Positions 50,291 to 63,604 of a DNA stretch of 64,000 nucleotides are shown one piece after another (the stretch's first letter is position 1; the number at the start of each line of letters is the position of its first letter). The stretch comes from Sphyrna mokarran (Eukaryota). The notes beneath the pieces are model-generated. The model ran no database searches, had not been told where the DNA came from, and was given only the letters and a program-made list of their open reading frames with translations. The stretch is taken from positions 20,398,001-20,462,000 of the forward strand of contig JAGIQG010000014.1 in assembly GCA_024679065.1 (NCBI GenBank), written 5' to 3'. The translations under genes were made by a program, and so were the position numbers.

Positions 50291-51489
50291 CATATGTTTC
50301 AGGAGCAAAGAAGTGGGGTTTGGAAGCAGAAATTGTGGGGATGGGTGGCATCTGGAAGTGTCGGAGGATTGTGGGGATAGGGAGGTAGGCTGGTGGGGGT
50401 GTGAGGAACCTTTAGTTGTGGCGGCTAGGATGGCATCTGGGAATGTTGGGTTTGTGGGAGAGGATTGTGGAGGTGTTGGAGTTTTTGGGGTTGGGGGCTC
50501 ATTGGGGGGCATCTTAGAAGGTGGGAGTTTGTGGTGGTTGGGATGGCTTATGAGGGGATAGTTTTGTTGGGAAAAAGTGTACAGTAAATGTTTGGTGCAA
50601 TCAGGAATTGGATGTTGGATCCAAGACAGGTTGTTGGGAACCACTATTATGCACTCAGCTTAGCCATCAATAAGCTATTAGTACTCAGTGCTGTGGTACA
50701 AGTGGTAAATCTGTCTTTCTTCAGCACTTAATGCTCTCAGCCTGACCCAAGGAAACTTCAAAAAAAGAAAAGTAACTGGATGTAGTTAGATTATGTAACT
50801 TTGCTCCATTAATATCTGTCATAGTTAAAACCATTTTCCAGGACTCTGATTTAAGTGAAATATTCCTCCCAGCTATCCTTGTAAAATATATACAATTTTT
50901 TTGTAAATCCAGGAGATACATCACTGATTTCAGACCATTGAATATGACTGAGTTCTGACTGTCTCTCATTTGAATGTTAAGGCTGGAATTACTTTGCTCT
51001 ACTGCACTCATTTACCTGTGTCAAGTGCTGGGAGGAAAGTATATCCCTGGTAATGAAGTCAGATAAACTCCCGTGAAAGAATGAAAAAAAAAGTTGAGAT
51101 TGTGATGAAGGGAGTCATAATAAAACCGGCGCAGTTGGCTGTGTTTTTGGAATATTAAACACACCGGAAAACTCTCGTAGAGCAAACCATCAGAAGCAAA
51201 TTCAGCTGAAGCATATGAACTCTTACATTTAAAAAAAAGGTCATGGACTGTGACCCTGGCAGTTACTGAGAAGGATATGAGGTGGTACCCTCAAGCACAT
51301 CTGGTACACCATCTGAGTTTGCAGAGATTCTGAGAGGACACCTCATGAGCTTGGCAAATGGAGGACCAAGTGCATGGGACAGTCCTCTGGTTTCCACCTA
51401 CTGTTTGATCCCAGAAGCCTAAAGATTTCCTATTTCTAATTGGGATTCATTACTACCCCTTCCATAAACAAATTTTATCCCTTCACCAC

Positions 51490-51860
51490 TACAGACACTA
51501 GCAGCAATGTGTATCATCTACAAGATGCAGTGCAGGAACTTAGTCAGCTTTCAAATCCATGACCACCACCACCTAAAAGGACAAGGAGAACAGATATCCG
51601 GGGAAAACCAGCACCTGGAAGTTCCCCTCCAAGCTACTCATTGTCATCCTGACTTGGAATTATATTGCTGTTCCATCACTGTCACTGGGTCAGAATCTGG
51701 AAACTGCCTTCTTAACAGCACTGTGGGTATATCTACACCTCAGGGACTACAATAGTCCAAAAAGGCTGGTCACCACTAGCTTTAAAAGGACAACTAGGGA
51801 TAGGCAATAAATGCTGGTCCAGTCCTTGATGCCCACATCCCATATGTAAATTTATAAAAA
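51490..51860 (+). mobile_element. Old non-LTR LINE 3' end (9700/34465 family)
   Basis: CATCTACAAGATGCA..; tail ACTAGGGATAGGCAATAAATGCTGG..GCCCACATCCC. Confidence 0.65.
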
Positions 51861-52859
51861 GCATTGCAATAGGCATTAAGTGAGCCATTCTACATGAATT
51901 ACTCAATACAAAGTGAAGTACTCAATGGGTTCCAAGTGTTTAAAAAAAAAGAATGGAATTTAACGGATTTTGGATGGAATAATTTCTGGGACTCAATGAC
52001 CATAGAGTGGCCTGGATGGGATTCAATCAGTAGAATGCGAGTTAGTGTATGGGGTGCAATGAGGACAAAGTAGCAGATTCAATGGACAAGATCTTACAGG
52101 TGGCAGAATTTCCCATTCCAACACTGAAAATGTCACCGTAAAACACAGATCCAATCTGGTGAGCTGCATGGTAGCCACTTATCATTTCGAAGGTAGTTAA
52201 ATATCATAAGATAGACTTTTCCTACACTAAGAGAGGAAGTCCTGCCTCTGGGTGCTAATGGCTAATCTGATTGGCTGGCAACTTGCTGGATCCAATAGCG
52301 CCATTGACCCCTTCTTGGACTGTGTGCAGCCAGTCCCAAAGAAGAAGAAAAGGTTTGAGGTAAATGACAGGTAAACTGTTTGAGGGGTGGGATGAGGGCT
52401 GCAATTTCATTTGGGTCAGGATAGAATGCCCCAGAAAGGTGGGTGAGTGAGGGAGATTGTGGGTAGGGGCTCTGGTACAGAGGCCAGGAGGAGGAGTGAA
52501 ACCAGGGAGTAGGAGCAAGGGTTGAGGATGGGGAGGGGCATGGATCCATTTGCAAAAGGAAGATGTGACTGAAGCACCTCCCTTTTTTTCCCAACCAACA
52601 TCCAAACTGGTTTATCTTCCGGGCTTCCCATCCATCAGCAATCTCCATCCACTTGTTGAAAAGTTACGGCTGGCCTGGAAGTGCTCTTTAAGTGGCCATT
52701 AATTGGCGATTTAAGGGCCATGATTGGTGTGAGGACAGGCAAACCACCCGAGCTTCATTCATTATCTATTTAATTGTTACCAATCAGAGGTGGGTGGTTA
52801 AGTAGTAGGAAAAGCACCCACTGAATCTTATGCACCTCTCTGTCCCCAACCCCTGCAAC

Positions 52860-53342
52860 ACTTCAGCAGTCATGGGCATTTGGCCTCTTCAGGTAAGTGT
52901 TCTCCGAGGGGGTCTTCATGACACGGGACAGTGCAGAGTTGCTGAGCAGACACAGATAGCCAAGTTCCACACACATGAGGAGGGCCTCAACCAGGGTCTT
53001 GGGTTCATGTGACACTATCTGTAACCCTCATGACTTGCCTGGGCTTGCAAAATATCAGTAACTATCTGAGCTGGAGAAAATACACATCCCTTTTACCCTG
53101 TGTTTAACTCTCTCTCCATTCACATTGTCTGTACCTTGATTTACTTTTACTAAGACTTGATTACCTGTAAAGACTCACAATCCAACCTTTACTTTGTAAA
53201 TTGAGTTTGTGTCTTTATATGCCCTGTTTGTGAATAGAACCCCCACTCACCTGATGAAGGGGCAGTGCTCGAAAGCTAGTGGCTTTTGCTACCAAATAAA
53301 CCTGTTGGACTTTAACCTGGTGTTGTGAGACTTCTTACTGTG
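52860..53342 (+). mobile_element. Penelope-like element 3' fragment (GIY-YIG endonuclease C-terminus plus terminal repeat)
   Basis: HFSSHGH, then after a frameshift LQVSVLRGGL..CRVAEQTQIAKFHTHEEGLN, the E..I..F.T..GLN pattern of PLE GIY-YIG domains. Followed by a hammerhead motif and AATAAA; possible TSD GCAAC (52855-52859, 53343-53347). Confidence 0.82.
53247..53282 (+). ncRNA. Minimal type I hammerhead ribozyme motif
   Basis: UCAC-CUGAUGA-AG-GGGC-AGU-GCUC-GAAA-GC-UA-GUGG. Intact core, helix I UCAC/GUGG, helix II GGGC/GCUC, loopless palindromic helix III (AGCU), CUA triplet at 53276-53278. Confidence 0.72.
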
Positions 53343-54379
53343 GCAACCCGAGACACAGGGGACTGTAAAATTCTGCCTAATGAGGAGGAAATAATTTATA
53401 CTATGGGACCTTCTGGGTTCAGTGTGAGTTACTCTACATTCTGGAGTTTCCTTCCTTGACTCCTGTGAATCTCTTCCTTTGTCCTTTTTCTCTGTGAGGC
53501 CCTCATTAAAACCAAATGGCAGATTTGTTAGTCTGATCCTCCTACCATCTCCTCCTTTGGCTTCACTTCAAACCTGCTCTCATTACCTTCCCCTGAAGCT
53601 GCTGGGAATATTGTTTCTGTGAGCAAGGTGCCATGCAAATGCAAGGCGATCATGGGCTCTTGTGAGGATTCAGAAATGAGGCTGTCACCTTCAGAATGGG
53701 AAGTTTGGTTCCTGGTTCGCTAACTGATTATATCTGCTGCTACAGCTGTACTGTCGCTATGTGACAGTGTGGAGCAGTATTAAATCATTCCCCTTGAAAA
53801 TGTAACATTGGTCATTAATCAAGAAGGGTTATCGTTGTGATCAGTATGATGCACTAAGTCAATGTCTCCATGACCTTTTCATGAACAGTCAGAAATGGGC
53901 TCGAGATTTCCCCTGTGACTTAGCATTGTGGTCCAGCACTGATTAGTAGCCAGACTAGCACCTCTTAATCAATGACCTGTCACAGGATGCTGCTGGCTAC
54001 ATTGTAAAAAAAAAAGTAGCTTCTCTTGAGACTATTTTCCATCCTTTGTTTTATCCTGAGAGAAGCAAATGAAGGACTGTAGTCTGCTAATAGGGTCCAA
54101 ACAGGATGGTGCATGAAACCAGTGGAGCTTGTCTTTACAGAGAGAGCTTATTGACTTGTTCAATCTTGCAGCTCCTGTCCCACATGCCCAGTATCCCTGC
54201 TCTCTCCTGCATATATGTTCTGTCAAAGAACACCATGAATCAATAAAATAAATTGATGGGATGACTGCTCCAAGTGAGCATAAACCTTACCAATGGAAGC
54301 AAACCAAAGTGTTACTCACAGAGCTAATGATGCACGCTAACTCCCGATTAAACAAATTTAACGGGTGGTGACGTGTCCT

Positions 54380-54380
<1 letters not shown>

Positions 54381-54418
<38 letters not shown>
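54381..54418 (+). repeat. poly(C) tract
   Basis: 38 consecutive C. Confidence 0.9.
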
Positions 54419-55219
54419 ACCATGGGCCACCATTTAAAGTAAAACATTAAAGAAAGCTTAACTAATTAAATTCAGATGTCATTATCGGGGTTGGTGATGC
54501 ACTCAAACCTTTCTGGTACCCACCAGGCTGAGAAGGCTTGAAATGTACCTATGGACACCCGCTATTCTGTCTCCAAGGCTTACCTGGCCACAAAGATAGA
54601 CACAGTAGATGGAGGGCCAAAAGGATCAGATGATCCCCTCCGCCGCCTGGTGCCATTCTGAATACTCTTTTTGAATAACACAAAAAAAATTGGTAAATTA
54701 AACAAAAATGAAAGAGGGCGACAGCCCAGTAACTAAAATGAAAACTAAACCAAAATGCCAGCACCGGGAGTAGTGGCATATCCCAGGCCCCGTGGCACCC
54801 ACCAATCATGGAACATCTGGAGTGTGCTACTGGATACTGAAGGTTACAGGAATGTAACGTGGTAGAGAAGCAGGCAGTTGGTCCGGACAACATCTTTGAC
54901 TGCCTGGCACCATTATTTATTATCTTGCCGCAGCTTAAATTCTGAGCTGGAAGTGTATTTTGCAGTTTGAGATACGAAGCAAGACCAATCCCAGTTCAGA
55001 TAGTTCTGCTGTTAGATGACTGGGAGGTGGAATTTTCAATATTCAAAGACAGTTAATACCCATCCCTGTATATCTTTTTCTTAATTCACATTAGTTGGTT
55101 TGATCGCGGTAGGTAAGGAAATGCACTGTTTTTATGTTAGGGAAAGATTGAGTTAATACAGAAGAGGGTTCTTTGAAGGAAGAAGGGTCTGTATGCTTAG
55201 AATGAACAAGGAAAAAAAT

Positions 55220-56026
55220 CATCCTAGTATCCCTGCAATGCAGGAGGAGGCCATCGAGCCTGCACTGACAACAATCCCACTCAGGCCCTGTCCCCGTAAC
55301 CCAACATATTTACCCAGTTGGTCCCTCGATAATTTAACCTGGCCAATCCATCTTACCTGCACATCTTGGGACTGTGGGAGGAAACAGGAGCAACAAGGTC
55401 TCTTGGACAGCCACATGAGCAGTCTGCAGATAGAGGGATATAGGAGGACTGTTTAAATACTTTATTTGTTTCCACAGGCTATTCGGTCCACCTTGTTGAC
55501 CAACAAGGTGCATGCATTCGGCAGGTCGTGCGAGGGTTGCTCTTGGATGTTACTTCAGGAGTGGCCTAGTGCTTCACGTCGTTAGTGTATGCTTAAACTG
55601 GACCATCAGATGGGCAACATGACAGCTCAGAGACTATCGCTGTTGCTGTGCAGACACATGGATGTGGGCCTGTGTCTGCGGGAGTTTGCGCGTTCTCCCC
55701 GTGGTTGCGTGGGTTTTCTCCGGGTGCTCCGGTTTCCTCCCACATTCCAAAAATGTGCTCTTAGGCTGATTGGGTAACAAATTGTCCCTATATTGGTCTC
55801 TATATGTCATTAAGACGTTAGGATGGCGGCGCAGGCTCGTTGGGCCGAAGGGCCTGTTTCCCGTGCTGTGTTGTTCTTTGTTCTTTGTTCTTTGTTCTAA
55901 CAAAAGGAAACCCACATAGACACGGGGAGAACATGCAAACTCCACACAGTTACCCAAATCTGGATGTGAACCTGGATCCCTGGCGCTGTGAGGCAGCAGT
56001 GCTAATCACTGTGTCACCATGCCACC
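55220..56026 (-). mobile_element. HE1/V-type SINE split by a LINE insertion (55397-55898)
   Basis: The SINE core breaks at GGAAACAGGAGC (55391) and resumes GGAAACCCAC (55906). Confidence 0.8.
55397..55898 (+). mobile_element. CR1 family 2 related subfamily, extreme 3' end with V-SINE core
   Basis: LLDSHMSSLQIEGYRRTV* parallels CLDGHMNRMGMEGYRKLI*. UTR homologous to 15290-15744; (TTCTTTG)n tail; AACAA TSD at 55392-55396 and 55899-55903. Confidence 0.85.
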
Positions 56027-56449
56027 CAAACTTTGGAAAACATTGGTATCAATGAAGCAGGCAGAAGAAAGGTGAAAACTGTGTGGTACAGTTGAGCCTC
56101 GTTATGGGAAATGTATTAATTCATGGCAAAGCTGTTCTTCAATACTTCTCTAAAATTTAAGACCTAGTCAGTGCATTTGTGACTGATTGGCATCATGTAA
56201 CAAACAAAGTTTTATGATCAGCATTTTGATGGATATGCTGAATTATTCTTAGCTACAACATATGGAGGTAACCAAGTATGATAGATTTTCCGTCCTGTTA
56301 CATCTGAGGAATGTTGAGTTCCAGACACAGTAAAGAGAAAAAGGAGCTGGAAGCATATTATTTCATGGTAGCACCTTCCCTTTGCTGAGGATTCCTGTAC
56401 TTTACCTGCTGATTGAACACAATGGGCCTTGTCTGATGTGTGAAGAGCA

Positions 56450-57175
56450 TTTGAGACTTCAGGTCTGCACTTGATGAAGTTTAGAAGGATGGGGGGGGAA
56501 TCTCATTGAAACTTACAGATTACTGGAAGGCCTGGGCAGAGTGGACATGGGAGTGTTGTTTCCATTAGTAGGAGGGACTAGGATCCAAGGGCCAAGTCTC
56601 AGAGTAAAGGGATGATCCTTTAGAACCGAGTTGAGGAGGAATTTCTTCAGTCAGAGGTGGTAAATCTATTTCTATCTATGTAGAATTCATTGTCACAGTA
56701 AACTGTGTAGGCCACGTCATTGAGTGTATTTAAGACAGCGATACGTTCTTTATTGGTAAATGGATCAAAGGTTATTATAGATTATAGAACCCTACAGTGC
56801 AGAAAGAGGCCCTTTGGCCCACCGAGTCTGCACCCAAGCACTACACCCATATCCCACTCAATAACCCCTCTAACCTACACATCCCCAGATACTAAGGGGC
56901 AATTTCTTAGCATGACCAATCAACCTAACCACACATCTTTGGACTGTGGGAGGAAATTGGAGCACTCGGAGGAAACCCATGCAGACACGAGGAGAATGTG
57001 CAACTTCCACACAGGACCCTGGAGCTGTGAAGCAGCAGTGCTAACCACTGTGTTACCGTTATGGGGAAAAGGCAGGAGAATGTGCTGAGAAACTTATCAA
57101 CCACGATTGAATGGCAGAGCAGCCTTGATGGACCGAATTGTCCAATGTCTCCTCCTATAGTATGGTCTTATGGTC
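56450..57175 (+). mobile_element. Old CR1 3' remnant split by a SINE
   Basis: GTTTAGAAGGATGGGGGGGGAATCTCATTGAAAC and GAGGAGGAATTTCTTCAGTCAGAG, with a TATGGTCTTATGGTC tail. Confidence 0.7.
56783..57060 (-). mobile_element. HE1/V-type SINE
   Basis: Reverse complement of head (GCAGCAGTGCTAACCACTGTG), core and tail. Confidence 0.82.
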
Positions 57176-58659
57176 TGTTGTTGATGTCAGTCTAATATCA
57201 TAGTGGGGGTGGATGGTAGCACAGGACATTCTGAGCCTTCTGCCTCACTTTCCAAATGTGTGGCCTTGATATATTTGATCAGATAAGTAGTCCCAAAGAA
57301 AACTGGAAGTGGTTCTAGCACTGGGGGCCATTCTCAGACCAGTGAAAATTGTGAGAATCATGAGGGGAAGCCAACAGTTGCCTTCATGTGAATTAAAGCA
57401 ATTTATATCTTAGATACTCTCAGCATTGTCATTCCTCCCTTTGCCCCAGTGATATTTAGACCTTGGAGTCCTGAGAACTACTGTTCTTGGAATGGTCAAT
57501 TTGGTAACGATTCAGCACCCAACATGAGAGATCACTGTGTAAATAAACTACAGCTGCTCGTGACCTGGGTGACACGGATAGTTTTAAGTAGGTAACATAC
57601 ACCATGCAGGCATCAGGTTATCTAAGAGTGACAATTCTCATGTTACAGGAATTGTTTCTGAAATTGTCGTCAGGATGTGAATCTGACATCATGGATTAGT
57701 TGACCGTTGCAGAAAATAATCAATTTTCATTAGAATTTAAATCAATAAAAATGAATATCAGATGGTTTCCATAATGACCAGCCTAACTTTAATTTCATAT
57801 TCATTCCCTGGGGGCAAGCTCACAATCTACCTTACAATATAGTCAAAGTCATTGGGATACCATGGCAATGTTTAACATTTTAGTTTGCAGTTCACTTCCT
57901 GTATGCATCAGCATTGTTTTGTCAAGTTATGCAATGCTACAATTAATTTTTTTTTATGGTCAGTGTTTTTTTTTATTTCTAGCTTTCTCCTTCTTTTGTT
58001 CCACAGTAGCCAGGCTTCTGTTGTATTTTAGTAGCTTATGTGTGCATGTGCGAGGTGAGGCAATGAGGGTGAGTCTGCTATTTGACTTCTGAGGGCTTCA
58101 TGGATGAACACGGTTTAATATTAGTTTGGGAACACAGGAAGCTGTATCATGCAGCAAGGCCTAAGAATTGGACCTGACACTTTCTGATCTGCATCATATG
58201 GTCTTACACTGGATTACACATCATACCTTTAAGGCTATATCACATATTTGACATTCTAATTCTTAGTGATAGTTCCGATTCTTTGTCTGATAGGTAATGT
58301 TCAGTAAATGTTATTGAATGTGAATAGGTATAATTAAGCTGGGATTCAATAAGTTTTGTACGATACAGGTTTATAAAACTGAAGGTGGTCATTTAGCCCA
58401 TCGTGTCTGTGCTAACTTTTGCTGTACTAATTCACACCTAATCTCACTGCCCACTTTCTCTCCCACATTCTTTCTTCCTTCTCTTGATTTCAATGATTTT
58501 TCCGATCTTCCCTTTAAAAAGGAAGAGATCTCGGCATTTAACATTCACCCGCGAAGCATTCCAAATAACATTCTATGTAAAGACCTTCTCCAACCTTCTT
58601 CCTCATTCTCTTTATAACTGTTATTTCACTCATTGATACCAATCTCTGAATTAGGTGGT

Positions 58660-58810
58660 TGTGCATTCAAGTTCCAATATCAAAGGCATCATTCAGACTG
58701 ACTCTCCATTGCAGTACTCAGGGACAGTTGCACTGTCAGAGGTGCCAATGTTTGATGAGACCTAAAACTGAGCCCCCTTCTGCTCTCCCAGGTGGATATG
58801 AGGACTGTTT
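58660..58810 (+). mobile_element. Deu-domain SINE fragment
   Basis: TGCAGTACTCAGGGA..GCACTGTCAGAGGTGCC..GATGAGAC..CAGGTGGATATG. Confidence 0.6.
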
Positions 58811-59869
58811 GAAGACTCTGGATTTGTACTCAATGGATGAAGGGGGAGCTCACTGAGACTTGCAGAATGTTGAAAGATCTGGGTAGAATAAATGTGAGAA
58901 AGGTGTTTCCGTTAGAAGGTGAGTCTAGGATCTGTGGGCAAAAGCGCATTATTAAATTATCTTCTTTTGCCTTCCTGAAGCCATGTAAATGGCCCTCAAT
59001 GCAAACGATTCAACTGACAGGATGTTGCTTATTGATAATACACTCATCCATCATCTCGGCGCTCAGGTATTATGCTTGACTGAAGGCTGAAGTAGCTCCA
59101 TAAATCTAGGCCAGCAGTGTTCCTCATCACTGGCATTATTTCTGAGGTACTAAATTACTAGAGAACAAGTTGTTTTTTTTTCCTGTCAGAAATATGTTGA
59201 TTTTATTTTACTTGAACTCTAGTCCAGAAATTGATTTGAGATGAATGCTGTAGTTTTTATTTCTCCAACTCTTCCCTTAATGTGTGCAGTGAGGGAGGAT
59301 TTCCAGACTGATTCACAGTCTGACTGCCTGTGACTTGAACCCCCTCTTTATGGCACTGTCTATCTTTATACCAGTCATTAGGATGGTTGGTCAAATAGAG
59401 CTGGGATTTTCATGGTTTCTTACAGCTCAATATGATAAAGGAAGCGGCCACCAAATTCACCTAAATATCCCATTGGGTGCCAATCCTAAATTCAGTGGTC
59501 AGAACTGTCTAGAGTGGGATTTGAACCCTGCACCTTCTGACCCTGGGGAGGAATGTCACCACTGAGCCAATGGCTCATTTCAAAACATTTGATGAAATGA
59601 CAATTTATAACCTTGAGGAACTAAATGATCCTGCTTCTTAGTTTGAAACTGTTCATCCACTATATTGTGTTTTGCAGTACTAAAAGAAAATGGTTGAAGA
59701 ACAATTTACTTCCTCCGTATGAATCTGTGCATCAATATTAATAAAGGAGCTGTGTATGAATGTACAACATTACTCTGAGCAGAAATTTAAACTGGCTGGT
59801 TGGCTCAAAGCTCTCTTTCAAAGCCCAATAAATACCACTGGCAGGAAAAACTTAAAACAGCACCTACGT

Positions 59870-60450
59870 GGTAGAACTTGCATTTATATAGCACCTTGTT
59901 TTATCACCAATGCAGAACTTTTGAAGTGCTGCCAACATTATAATATGGGAAAGGGAGGGAGTTGGTTGAACAGCTAGTTTGTGATCTTGAGTGACGCCAA
60001 CAGCATGGGTTCAATTCCCATATAGCTGAGGTTATTCATGAAAGACCCACATTCTCAACCTTGCCCCTCGGCAAGGGGCTTTGTGTGGTGTGGTGAACCT
60101 CGGGTCCAAATCACCACCAGTCAGCTTATAGTCATTTGGGACTATGGCAGCTTTACCTTTATAGGAAAGGGAACACCAATTTCACATAGCAATTGGATAA
60201 TGAGAGGATAATATGTCTTTGTGATATTGGTTGAGGGATAAGTATTGATCAGGATATTCAGAGCATGCTCCAGTTCCTCTTTCAGTCGTGCCCTGGGATC
60301 TTTTACATCCGCTTTGGCTTAACATATTTTCTGAAGAGCAGGACCTTCAGCAATAGGCAAATCCCTCAGGGCTGCTCTGGAATGACAGCCGAGATTATAC
60401 TTGCAGATCTCTCGAGCAGGACTTGAACTTATAACCCTCTTGCACTTTGG
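59870..60450 (-). mobile_element. Deu-domain SINE remnant with another tRNA-SINE-like insert (about 59955-60160, + strand)
   Basis: ACTTGCATTTATATAGCACC tail and GGGATCTTTTACATCC core; the insert has a GGGTTCAATTCCC B-box. Confidence 0.55.
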
Positions 60451-62099
60451 CAGGGAATTTTCCTGAATACTTGAAGGCAGCTTTAGAGGCAGGCAGGCTT
60501 GTAAATTCATGCTAGAAGGCAGAGAGTAGGTTGCCCAATGTGCTGGCACCTGCTTGTGAACAGGATAGCAGTCATCAAAATTAGGGAACATTTGACAGCA
60601 GTAATGGAAGAGGCACCACCAGTTTGTCAGGATCGCATGGGGCCCCTGTTGTAACCGCATTCCAACAAGTAAAAGAGGCGGCTACACACTGGGAGGTGGA
60701 GGATGTTTTGTAGGCAATTGAGATTTAAGTGATGTCAATAGAAAATGACAAGGCCATTTCCTTGCCTTCTCTCATGTTTGCCATTGTGTGCGGGATTCCT
60801 AGACATGGATGTTTCAATCACCATGGGAACTCATGAGGTCTCCCCTGGTACTGATAGTGGTTGCTGTGATCCGCTTGGGCCTCATCAATGCTCCCACTCG
60901 TCACACAGTGAGGCCACACCATTCTGAGCTCCTGCCTCAGTACCCAACCTTCCATTCAACTTTGGATGGTAAATGCTAATTGGCCACTGGCAGGATCTGG
61001 AAACATTCTTGACACCATTTAAGCCCTTTCAGTCCATATTGGATTCTGAGTGCACAAAATTGCGAATCGCAGGGCTTTGGAAATAAGAAAAAAAATCCCT
61101 AAATTACCAACTACTTACAGGTCTCGTTAACATATGGTTGGGAAGACCATCCATGAGCCTTCCTATCCAGAACTTAATTTTCTGGAGAAGAGAATGTGGT
61201 CAGATTTTTGCCAACACCTTCCTATTTGATTAAGTGCCCCACCTTACTCCAAGCCTGCTGTAAAATGGGGGAATCATTAAATTCCACCCATTTTTTTATC
61301 CTGCTCCCATATATACATCAGATAGGAAAATTATTGTACATGATGCATGTTTCATCCGCTACACTTCCAGGCACCCCTCCATCTCCACTCCTCACCGGAA
61401 CCCTCTTAATGGACAGTCTGCCAACACTGAGGTGGAATATTCAATGTAGGAATCATAGTAGCTGTTGGGAGCACATTTCAGAAAATCCCTCATTTCTGTT
61501 TCATGATATTCTATGGTTGGTATAAAATTTTCTGTATTTACATGCAGCTGTACCAGAAGTACTACAGCAGAGACTTTAAGAGTGGTGCCCACATGAAGAA
61601 TCACCAATTGACTAGAGGATGAGAGGGCCAGCACAAACCACAAGTATCATTCTTGGACATCATGGTCGGTGCAGGCTTAGAGGGTCAAAGGGCTTTATTT
61701 TTTAGTGCTGTAATTTTCTTTCTTCTTTATTGGTAAGGGCTACAGGGAAGAAGGGCAAAAGTGTCCAGGGTAAGAATACGTAACAGAACAAGCACTGGTC
61801 ATTTTGTTAACAGTCCATTTTCCAATCTTGTGTGAAAAACAACTCGGAGGGGAAGGGGAGGGGTGGAGGTTAGGAGATGTGTTAGGGTGGGAATTGATAA
61901 ATTCCACTATGATGGGTGAAAAATTACTTTGTCAACTTTTGACCAGAATAACTGCTGACATCCAAAACGAAAATTCACTATGTTACCAGAAATTTTCGGA
62001 GGGCTGTAGGGTTTCAGTTACGTGAAAGAGGTATGTGCTAGTAATAAAAATGATTGTCCGATATTCCAACAGTTACATATCCATGGGCTATTTGAGAAA

Positions 62100-63600
62100 C
62101 CAAAAATAATGATGAAGTGCATGATGAGACAAAGATGTTGAGACTTTACACTAATAACGGTTTGTGGAATGAGTCAGAGATCACAACCTCAGAATCTACT
62201 TCTATCACCTCAGTGCATGACCTAACATCAAAATATCCAAATTATTTTGACAAACTGAGCAGTTTCAAGGGGCCTGCAGCATTATATTGGCAGGAGAATG
62301 CAAGTCTGTCTACTGATCTGGTACATTTTGCACAGTACAAATGTTAGCAGCTACAGGAATAAATTGCAAAAGATTCTAAATGTTAGAAACTGTGGAAAAC
62401 ACTCATAGAAGGATGAATTATCATATCTTTGAACATGAAACTATTTTTGCCATATTGGTGTGAGCTGGACATCTCCTGACGAGTCATTTTTACAGACATG
62501 AGGTCATCATACATGAGTCTTTGTGAACTGATATTCTTCAGATTGCTTATGGCCATAGATTAGATAAGAAGACCTGCAAGAGAGACAGTTCAAGACATGC
62601 CAAGTCAGCACAAAGCATCACTGATTTCACATGAAGTTCCTACTTATCTCTGGTCTAAAATGGCTTCCAACCTCTTTCATGTCCATGGCATTGATATCAC
62701 TGCAATCGTCGACTACTTAATCCACTACCCTATCATTCAACAATTGCACAATACGTCAGCACAACTGCTATGCACATCTTCAGCGTTATTTTCAGTTTAT
62801 TTTGGATGCCCAAGGGAACTATTGTAGATAATATGTGCAATTTATTGGTAAACCATTTCAGGATGTGTGAGAGAAGTGGAATGTTGACCGCACTACTACT
62901 CCTCCTCATTCCCTTTGATCTAACAGCCTGGTTAAATGATTGATCTGCATGATGAATTCCCTCATTCTCAAATGTAGACAGATGAAGCAAGGTCTACATA
63001 TTGCAAATTTACATCTAAGAGGGTCATCTTTAGGTGTAACCATTCTATCATTAGCAGAGCTCATGTTTAATAGGCCAATGCACACCATTTTACTACTCTT
63101 ATCCATTCTACTTTCTGAAAAAAATAGCAACATTAAAAATGACAAGAGATGATGGCCACTGTGCATGATGAAAATGCGGGTAAAGAATTGTCAAATTTAT
63201 TGCTGACACCAGATCCTACAGAAGGTTCAAGGCACCAACCAAGAATGACAATCCCATAAGTGAAAGTAAGCAATTAAAGAAATCGCTAGACAAGATTACC
63301 AGCGCAATGTCTAAGCATACAGTAGATTACCTTTATGCTTTTGAGACTCATTGATTCATCAGTTTGATGTCCTTATGTAATGGTAACTAGACATGAATAT
63401 GTATTGTAAATAATTATGCTTTTTCAAGGGGAAAAGCACCTTTAAAAAGAAAGTTGCAATGTGATTTAAGGGGAAGCTGTATGACGTTACTGGAACAGAA
63501 ACAAATCCTGTGATCTAGTTTTAGTTTCACTTTTGCCTTGAGCAAAGTACACGCACAGCTCCAATATCTTTAAGCTTTATACTGAGACATAACTAGACAT
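62100..63600 (+). mobile_element. Decayed Gypsy-like LTR retrotransposon (integrase region, possible 3' LTR remnant)
   Basis: ORF 62597-62827 HEVPTYLWSKMASNLFHVHG..IVDYLIHYPIIQQLHNTSA..FGCPRELL resembles the integrase core start (PW..D.F..VDY.S.YP..FG.P). SLAELMFNRPMHT in 62940-63152 resembles SPAELMF.R..RT. Confidence 0.7.
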
Positions 63601-63604
63601 ATCT

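Larger units (their letters stand above)
52102..53377. mobile_element. MITE-like DNA element hosting the Penelope-like insertion
   Basis: Ends GGCAGAATTT / AAATTCTGCC; GC-rich internal sequence resembles 20490-21240 and 39430-40042. Confidence 0.45.

Noticed and set aside
61509-61575. Minus-strand CCSTSGTAACKYR as a possible INSYN2B penultimate exon (NNCSTCQNTACIIYS)
   Set aside because: Weak match, no GT donor, and no RTGQD motif. The exon is probably beyond 64000, although I could have missed it.
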